In this document: positions 57,668 through 64,000 of the stretch, one piece after another
How the letters are laid out: each line of letters starts with the position of its first letter
Position numbering within the stretch: position 1 is the first letter of the stretch
Source of the DNA: Myxococcota bacterium
Lineage (GTDB): Bacteria > Myxococcota > XYA12-FULL-58-9 > JALHOP01
DNA: 64,000 nt
Assembly: GCA_041288095.1 (NCBI GenBank)
Contig: JBGGMJ010000089.1
Span: 9,517 to 73,516 of the forward strand
Reading direction: 5' to 3'
Made by a program: the position numbers and the translations under genes
Notes under the pieces: model-generated
Told to the model about the DNA's origin: nothing
What the model saw: only the letters and a program-made list of their open reading frames with translations
The model's database searches: none

Positions 57668-58825
57668 ATGCTCGCCGCTCTCGTTTCGCTGTTCCTCGCG
57701 CAAGCCACCCCCGAGGCCCCGGTCGCGGAAAAAGCGATGTTGCTGGTGATGCCCCTGCGCGCCGAGCCCAAGCTCGCGGCGTCGGCGCGTGCGCTGGACG
57801 AGCTCATCCTCGAGGCAGTCGATGGTCTCAAGCGCTACCAGGTGCTCGGCTCGAGTGACCTGAACGCGCTGCTCGGCGTCGAGAAGATGAAGGACGCGAT
57901 TGCCTGCGACGACACGGTGTGCGCCGCCGAGATTGGTGGCGCTTTAGGCGCTCCGTACCTGCTCGCGGGAGAGCTGCGCGCATTGGACCAGCAGGTGGTC
58001 TTGTCGTTGCGCCTCATGGATACGAAGAAGCAAACGGTGACGGCGCGAGCGACGGCGCGGGGATCGACGAGCGCCGAATCGCTGAGCCAGATGATGGCGC
58101 AGGTGGTGGGCACTTGCTTCAAGACCACCGTGCAAACGGTTGCCGTGCAGACGCCGAGCGCCGAGAGTGACTACAGCGGCTACATGAGCCTCGTCACCGA
58201 GCTCGGTGGCTACGCGACGCGCAGCGAGTACTCGAGTTTCTTGGGCAAGTTGGAAGAGCTCAAGGCACGCGCGGCGAAGGTGAAGACTCCGCCCGGCGGC
58301 GCCTCCGGCGAGGAGCTGCTGACGTATTACCAGGCCCTCGCCTGCTTCACGCTCAAGCGCGAGGCGTGCCTGAGAGCAGCGTCGGCGCGTTATCAAAAGG
58401 ATTGGGCGGCCGGCCTCTACCGCACCGGCATCGACTCCTTCGTGACGACGATGGACGACCAGAAGACCGCCCAGCGCGACCACGAAGCCGAGGTGAAGGA
58501 GCGCATCGCGGACATTCGCGAGAAGGCGAAGGCCGGCACCTATGATGCGTTGCAGACCGAAGAGCTCGTCGCGCTCGCGTATTATGGCGGACAAGACTAT
58601 GCGCCGGCGGCGAAGCACTTCGCGCAGCTCCTCGACAAGCTGTATGCGGAGAAGCCCGCGCAGCTGGACAAGATCATGAGCACGACGTCACTCGCGGTCC
58701 TCGCCTTGCAGCAAGTGGGAGAATTCGACGCGGCTCGCGCGGCCTTGAAGAAGGCGGAGACGCTGGACGCTAAAGCGTATCGGACGAGCGGCCTGCAGCA
58801 GACGGCGCGGTCATTGCCGAAGTAG
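57668..58825 (+). CDS. Exported protein with an N-terminal TolB-N/CsgG-like domain and helical (TPR-like) C-terminus
   Basis: Short signal MLAALVSLFLAQ; CDDTVCAAEIGGALGA..L.G motif. Confidence 0.7.
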   Translation: MLAALVSLFLAQATPEAPVAEKAMLLVMPLRAEPKLAASARALDELILEAVDGLKRYQVLGSSDLNALLGVEKMKDAIACDDTVCAAEIGGALGAPYLLAGELRALDQQVVLSLRLMDTKKQTVTARATARGSTSAESLSQMMAQVVGTCFKTTVQTVAVQTPSAESDYSGYMSLVTELGGYATRSEYSSFLGKLEELKARAAKVKTPPGGASGEELLTYYQALACFTLKREACLRAASARYQKDWAAGLYRTGIDSFVTTMDDQKTAQRDHEAEVKERIADIREKAKAGTYDALQTEELVALAYYGGQDYAPAAKHFAQLLDKLYAEKPAQLDKIMSTTSLAVLALQQVGEFDAARAALKKAETLDAKAYRTSGLQQTARSLPK

Positions 58826-59326
58826 CGGACGGCGAGGCCAGAGCGCGACCAACCAGAACGGCAAGAAGGCGATGAGCTCGACGATGGTCACGAAGAGACC
58901 GCGCGCGCTCAGCATGCCGACGCCGATGGGAGCGACGGGGAGCGGTCGCACCGGCGCGAAATAGCGCGCGGTATCGAACGGCCACAAGAGCGCGACACCG
59001 AGGCCGCCGTCGGTGAGCGTGTCCAACAAACCGTGGCTCATGAGGACGAGCGTCGCCCAAAACGCCAGGTGTCTGCGATTGCGGAATGCAAGGCCGACGG
59101 TGACGCCGAGGACGAGAGCCGTCGCCAAAGCGTGAGTGGCGCCGCGATGCCCGAACGGCGCTTCGTAGGGGATGCGCAAAGCGAAGGCGATCACGTCGAG
59201 GTCGGGCGCGAGGGAGAGCGCAGCAAAGCCGATCGTCGCGGCAATACGCTCGCGCGGTCGAGCGTCTGCTCCGCACCACATGCGCGCCGCCGCCGCGCCC
59301 ACCGCTACGTGACCGAGACTGGCCAT
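58811..59326 (-). CDS. YdjM-like membrane metal-dependent hydrolase
   Basis: GH, PDLD, GHRGATH, SHGLLD, LLWPF. Confidence 0.9.
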   Translation of the reverse strand: MASLGHVAVGAAAARMWCGADARPRERIAATIGFAALSLAPDLDVIAFALRIPYEAPFGHRGATHALATALVLGVTVGLAFRNRRHLAFWATLVLMSHGLLDTLTDGGLGVALLWPFDTARYFAPVRPLPVAPIGVGMLSARGLFVTIVELIAFLPFWLVALWPRRPLLRQ

Positions 59327-59357
59327 GGCCTACCCTTGAGCAAAGGCGAAGTCTGGC

Positions 59358-59385
59358 GCAACCCGAGACGCGCCTACGCCGACAA
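59358..59385 (+). promoter_or_regulatory. Sigma-28-like promoter GCAAC-N15-GCCGACAA
   Basis: Read directly; 80 nt upstream of ATG 59466. Confidence 0.6.
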
Positions 59386-59465
59386 TGCAGACGGACGAGT
59401 CACCGAATTGGCGGGTTTGCGCCCGCGCGCCCAGGAACAACGTGGAAAACCGAGTGGAAGAGGAC

Positions 59466-59930
59466 ATGCTCGAGCTGCGCCGCCTCAACGCGACAGTGCT
59501 CGAGCACAGCAGCGAGCCGTCTCCATTCCGCACCACCGAGGTGTTGTGCGTAGCGCGTGACGGCAACGAAATCGCCTTCTGCGAGCCCCAGTGGATCGAT
59601 CAGAAGCTGCGCGCCATCCTGGAGGTGGCAAGCTCCCTGCTGCGTGACGCGACGAGCGCCAACGCGACGGCATACGCCGCCGCTCTCTTGTGGATGGGCA
59701 TCATCGCGGTCCACCCATTCGCGGACGGCAACGGCCGCACCGCCTTCCGCTTCATCGTCTCCCGCCTCGACCGCTCCAAGCACCGCATCGACGCGGCCGA
59801 CTACCCCATTCTGCGCCGCTATCTCATCCGCGGCGACGTCAACAACGATCTCCGTAATCTCACCGTCATCATCAACAGTCTCATCAAGCGAGCAGGAGCC
59901 CAATCATGCCCAACCCAATCGGCGGCGTAG
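59466..59930 (+). CDS. Minimal Fic/Doc family protein
   Basis: HPFADGNGRTAFR; ATG 59466 after GAGGA (the ORF-track start 59385 overlaps the promoter motif). Confidence 0.85.
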   Translation: MLELRRLNATVLEHSSEPSPFRTTEVLCVARDGNEIAFCEPQWIDQKLRAILEVASSLLRDATSANATAYAAALLWMGIIAVHPFADGNGRTAFRFIVSRLDRSKHRIDAADYPILRRYLIRGDVNNDLRNLTVIINSLIKRAGAQSCPTQSAA

Positions 59931-60232
59931 CCCCGGCCAGTGCCGGCACAGGTGTCGGAAGCGGCGCCGCGCCCACCCTGTCCGCTGAAATGGACCGCCA
60001 GCTCGAGCTCTTGTCCGTCGACTATGTCGATCACTACGACAAGGCTGTCGTCATCGGCACGAATGACCCGCGGTACATCGCGGAGCAAAAGCGTTCGCTG
60101 CTCGCCAGCATGCGGACCGCCGCCACCGCGCATTGCTCAGACCGTCGCTACGATCTCAAGGATTGCATCGACGAGCTGATCCGTCGCGGCACGATCCAGC
60201 ACAACCTCAATATGGAAATGTTCAACCGCTAG
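59906..60232 (+). CDS. Small hypothetical protein co-transcribed with the Fic gene
   Basis: AGGAG RBS; 25-nt overlap with the Fic gene; starts MPNPIGGVAPASAGTG. Confidence 0.7.
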   Translation: MPNPIGGVAPASAGTGVGSGAAPTLSAEMDRQLELLSVDYVDHYDKAVVIGTNDPRYIAEQKRSLLASMRTAATAHCSDRRYDLKDCIDELIRRGTIQHNLNMEMFNR

Positions 60233-60499
60233 GTCAGCCGAGAGTGTCGCCAGGCCAAGACCCGCGCTGCATCCGCCACGAACCGGCGTGAGCCTGCGCG
60301 GGGATGAGGACCTCGCGGACGCTGCGGGAAGTTGCTTTGTAAAAGGCGAAGGTACGTCAGGAGCGTCGGACCCCTGCGAAGGACCATCCGGAGAACCGGA
60401 CTCCACCGACCAGTAGCACTTTCCAATGCAAACCGACGGGGTGGATGGAAGTTGCGGTGGGCAAGAAGAAAGGCGGGCTACGGCGTCAAACCGCGATAT

Positions 60500-63400
60500 T
60501 CACGTCGGATTCAGCTGGCTCGGGAGCACGACCCGGGCGCGCTCGCGGTAGCGACAGAAGGCGTTCACCAGCTTGATCTGCTCGGGCGTCTTGCAGTCAG
60601 CCACGAACAGCGACGGGTTTGCGACCATGATGCAGGCCGCTCGCGCACGTGAGGTGGCGACGTTGAGGCGGTTGCCGGAGAACAGAAAGTCCATGCCCTT
60701 CGGCGCATCGGCGGCGCTCGAGGTGGCCATGCTGAAGATCACCACCGCGGCCTCTCGCCCTTGGAACAGATCGACGGTGCCGACCTCGTAACCGGGGAGC
60801 CGCTCCTTCAAGCGACTCACCTGCGCGTTGTACGGCGCGATGATCATGATGTCGCTCTTCGAGAGCGGTCCATGCGTCCAGGCACCGCGACTCAAGTGCT
60901 CGACCAGCTTGTGGACGACTTCGACCTCCTCGTCCGACGAGCTCTTGTTGCCCTCGTGCTCACAGGGCACGAGCCACAGGCCGCTGCCGTCGAAGGGTCC
61001 GCAATCGCCGAGTGCTTGCAGGTCGGCGGCGGTGCCTAGCGCGGACTCGTAGAACATCTCGGAGGTGAACTCGCAGATCTCCGGTGCGAGTCGATACGTC
61101 TTGTCGAGGAAGATGCCTCGGTCCGCTGGAACGACACGCTCCGAAGCGAAGAGGTGCTCGAGCGCGGACACCGCGGTGCCTTCGGGATGCGCCGCCCTCG
61201 TCGGTTGCTCGAGCTGCTGCGGATCGCCCAGCAGGACGAGCGACGTGCACGCGGCAGCGGACGCAAGAACATTGGCGAGCGCCATCTGCCCAGCCTCGTC
61301 GACGAAGAGGACGTCGACGAGGTCCGTCTGCCCTGCCCACGCCCACGTGGTGCCACCAAGCACGTCGACCTTCCGCGTGCGCAACGCATCGCGCCCCTTC
61401 TCCGTGTCATGGAACACTTCGACACCATCACCCGCGTCATCCTCCTTGCAGCAGTGTGCGACACGAACGTTGGGGTCCGCTCTGCGCACCGCACGAAGCA
61501 GGTTGCGAATGGCCTTGTGACTGTTCGACGTCACGCCGACGCGCTTCTTCCGCTCGACCAGTGAAGCAATCATCTTCGCCGCGGTGAACGTCTTGCCGGC
61601 ACCAGGCGGCCCTTGAATGGGCAGCACGTCAGCGTCCAAGTTGTGGACCGCGCGCACAGCGAGCTCTGTCGCGGATTCGTCTGACCTACGCTCGAGAGAC
61701 ACGTTCGGTGGCAGCCGACGCAGGAGCTTCATCCCAGCACTGTGCGCGCCGTCGAGATAGGCCTCCGCCACGGCGGCTAGTGCGTCACGCAGCTTGCCGT
61801 CGTTGATCTGGTCGTCGCTGTAGAACGCGTACGGATGATCGTCCTTCGTGGCCTTCTTCTTCTGAATGTCGATGGTGCAATTGGCACGCTCGATGGCGAC
61901 CACCTTGCCGATGGTCTTCTCGGGAGTGCCCACGGAGTCGCCAGGCTTCAACGCGCATTCTTGGCGGGGGAAGCTGTAGCGGTGGATCGGTATGCCAGTC
62001 GGGCTCTGACCGAATTGCCCCACGAGGGTCAGGCCCGCGACGGCCTCCTTGTCTTCCATAAGCCCTTCAATATCGCCCTCGTTGTAGGTGTCCTCTCGGT
62101 CGAAGCGTTCCCACGCGTCCACATTGGACTCGCGACGATGGAAACCAAGCAACTGCGCCAGCACCCAGCGCGCTTGCTGCTCGTTATCGCGTTCAAGGTC
62201 GGGCACGCCTTCGAGTAGACGCAAACGCAATTGCTCACGCGCGTCGATGTCGGCTTTCACGTTGTCCTTGAGCACGAGGTCCAGCGCCGCGAGCACAGGC
62301 CGAGTCACCGCGGCCGGACGTTGCTTCTCGAGCCACAAATGCAGCTGCCGCGTCGCCTCGCAGTCATCCTTGTTGTAGCCCTCGACCGCCGCGAGATCGC
62401 GTTCGTCGACCGCCCCTTCCCTTCCCGTCTCGAGCGCGTACTCGACGAGGCGACGCGACTTGCCAGCGTCTTCGAGCGCCACCTTGCGCTCGAACCCCGC
62501 GAGCTTCTCGATCTGCTTGATGGAGTAGCTCTCCACACTCGCCCGCAGCCCCTGCGACACGACCTTGTAGAGATCGACGAAGCGCCCACCCCGCAGCAGC
62601 CGGTCGAGCTCGTCCTGAAACACGCCATAGCGTTGCGCGAGCCGCTTGAACGCGGTCTCTTCGTAGTGGGCGTAGTGATAAATGTGCATCTCTGGATGCG
62701 CATCGAGCCGTTGCATGAAGTCGCGCATCACGGCCTCGAACATCGGACGCTCTTCCGCTTCAGTCAGCGCCCAGTGCCGGCGATAGGTACCCGACTTGTC
62801 GACGATGCCGAGCAGATAGTCGCGGTGATGCGGTAACGCGAACTGGTCGCCCTCGAAGTCGATGTAGAGGTCGTGCTCCGTCGGCTCGGGCAGCAACGCG
62901 AAGCCACGCTCAGGCGCGAGCTCGAGGTGCTCGAACAGGAGCTCGTCCTTCTGGCGGCCACGCAGCTGAATGTTGGCCTGTGCGCGCGTCTTCTCGTAGG
63001 ACTCGCGTTGACCTCTCTTCGGCTTGAACGTGACCTCCTTCGCGGAGCCGAGTGCCGTAAGCGTTGGCAATCCGTTGGCCTCGAACTCCTTGCGTTGCGT
63101 CTTGGACGAACGCGCCACCAGCGAGAGATGGTCGTCCGCGCGTCGCTGGTCGCGGCACCGCGAGGCCCAACTACAAACGTCGCATTGGTCGACAGGTTCC
63201 GGATACGTCTCACGCGTCGTGTCCTCGACCGCCTTGGTGAGCCGGTCGCAGACCATATCGAAGTACGCGACGTAGTCGGCTGCGCGAAACGGATGCATAT
63301 CCAGCGGTGTCTTCACGAAGAAGTGACTCGCGGCTTCCGGCCCCTGAATGGCGGCAAGCGCCTTCCAGTAAAGACACAGCTGCAGCACCGCCCCCGCGCG

Positions 63401-63817
63401 CGTCTCCTCGGTGAGCTTGGTGTCGTGCACCTCGTACGCCCAATCCCCAAGCGCGCTCTTGCGATTCACGCGAACCAGAACGTCTGGGCGTCCGCGAAAG
63501 CGACCCAAGGACAACGCGCCCTGGGCAATGATCGCCACGCCGGCTCGCATCGCGGTGTGCGTCTTTGCTTCGACGCCGAGGTGATTGAAGTCGCCACCGT
63601 AGTTGACCATGTCGCCGCCGGCGGCCAGCTCGTCGAGGTACTTCTTCTCGTGCACGAGGCCCCGCTCACGCAGCATGTCGAGAAACGGGTCCGTCTTGTG
63701 GATGCGCTCGAGCTCGCCGCGCGCGGCTTTCGCATCGAGTGCCGTGAGGTGTGCACAGCCGAGGTGATTGGACACGTCGGTCGCGCTGAAGGTGAAGTCT
63801 TTGCCGTCGAATTGCAT
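60500..63817 (-). CDS. TM0106-family RecB-like nuclease / RNase H-like / superfamily 1 helicase fusion
   Basis: GRPDVL..DTK..QL nuclease; YIDFEGD, YHY..YE, YSIKQIE, YNKDD; QGPPGAGKT, VDEAGQ, GDPQQL, PYNAQ, TVDLFQGRE, NRLNVATSRA. Confidence 0.92.
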   Translation of the reverse strand: MQFDGKDFTFSATDVSNHLGCAHLTALDAKAARGELERIHKTDPFLDMLRERGLVHEKKYLDELAAGGDMVNYGGDFNHLGVEAKTHTAMRAGVAIIAQGALSLGRFRGRPDVLVRVNRKSALGDWAYEVHDTKLTEETRAGAVLQLCLYWKALAAIQGPEAASHFFVKTPLDMHPFRAADYVAYFDMVCDRLTKAVEDTTRETYPEPVDQCDVCSWASRCRDQRRADDHLSLVARSSKTQRKEFEANGLPTLTALGSAKEVTFKPKRGQRESYEKTRAQANIQLRGRQKDELLFEHLELAPERGFALLPEPTEHDLYIDFEGDQFALPHHRDYLLGIVDKSGTYRRHWALTEAEERPMFEAVMRDFMQRLDAHPEMHIYHYAHYEETAFKRLAQRYGVFQDELDRLLRGGRFVDLYKVVSQGLRASVESYSIKQIEKLAGFERKVALEDAGKSRRLVEYALETGREGAVDERDLAAVEGYNKDDCEATRQLHLWLEKQRPAAVTRPVLAALDLVLKDNVKADIDAREQLRLRLLEGVPDLERDNEQQARWVLAQLLGFHRRESNVDAWERFDREDTYNEGDIEGLMEDKEAVAGLTLVGQFGQSPTGIPIHRYSFPRQECALKPGDSVGTPEKTIGKVVAIERANCTIDIQKKKATKDDHPYAFYSDDQINDGKLRDALAAVAEAYLDGAHSAGMKLLRRLPPNVSLERRSDESATELAVRAVHNLDADVLPIQGPPGAGKTFTAAKMIASLVERKKRVGVTSNSHKAIRNLLRAVRRADPNVRVAHCCKEDDAGDGVEVFHDTEKGRDALRTRKVDVLGGTTWAWAGQTDLVDVLFVDEAGQMALANVLASAAACTSLVLLGDPQQLEQPTRAAHPEGTAVSALEHLFASERVVPADRGIFLDKTYRLAPEICEFTSEMFYESALGTAADLQALGDCGPFDGSGLWLVPCEHEGNKSSSDEEVEVVHKLVEHLSRGAWTHGPLSKSDIMIIAPYNAQVSRLKERLPGYEVGTVDLFQGREAAVVIFSMATSSAADAPKGMDFLFSGNRLNVATSRARAACIMVANPSLFVADCKTPEQIKLVNAFCRYRERARVVLPSQLNPT

Positions 63818-63950
63818 GTTACCTCACCGGCGTTTCCACGGGATATCCTTACGGAAGTCATCGGACAGGTAGTGTCCGCCGCGCCCTCGCGTTGACCGGA
63901 GGCACAGCGGGCAATTGCGTGCGTACCGCCCCGAACCCAGCTTAGGGCGC

Positions 63951-64000
63951 ATGCGCAAACTCCTTACTGTCCTAGCGTGCTCTTGTTTCCTCATCGCGTG
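63951..64000 (+). CDS. Start of a probable exported protein or lipoprotein, cut by the window edge
   Basis: ATG 63951 translates MRKLLTVLACSCFLIA... Confidence 0.45.
   Translation, partial: MRKLLTVLACSCFLIA

Noticed and set aside
60340..60420. SRP RNA, 6S RNA or hammerhead ribozyme
   Set aside because: The conserved SRP loop and the hammerhead CUGANGA/GAAA core are absent, and I saw no 6S-like long hairpin. Kept only as an unnamed candidate structure.

Overview
High-GC window with a Myxococcota-like gene repertoire (inferred from Ser/Thr kinases with FHA/TPR/PilZ partners, many Cys-rich lipoproteins and a DUF1592-DUF1552 pair). It holds about 55 plausible CDSs. I recognised no rRNA, tRNA, CRISPR array, transposase or integrase. 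Recognisable modules: a PHA storage cluster (phaR, phasin-like gene, CoA-transferase, phaC) with two operator-like palindromes; a lipoprotein-kinase-TPR-FHA operon; two paralogous PilZ-kinase genes with a conserved promoter; an EAL phosphodiesterase; an RpoD-like sigma factor lacking region 1.1; betA plus an aldehyde dehydrogenase; GH3 and GH97 glycosidases; RNase HI; and a TM0106-type nuclease-helicase. The most interesting signal is dispersed across the window. A sigma-28-like promoter motif, (G)CAAC-N14/15-GCCGATAA and variants, precedes a set of scattered orphan or enzyme genes: catalase-fold, C2-domain, GH97 and Fic genes, plus a beta-propeller/ATLF-type zinc protease pair that has only the -10 box. 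Many of these proteins have disordered Ser/Thr/Pro/Ala-rich N-termini instead of signal peptides. I infer, without proof, a co-regulated repertoire of type III-like secretion substrates, possibly for predation. All family assignments come from motif recognition by eye; no searches were run. Start codons were often moved from the ORF track to better-supported positions.
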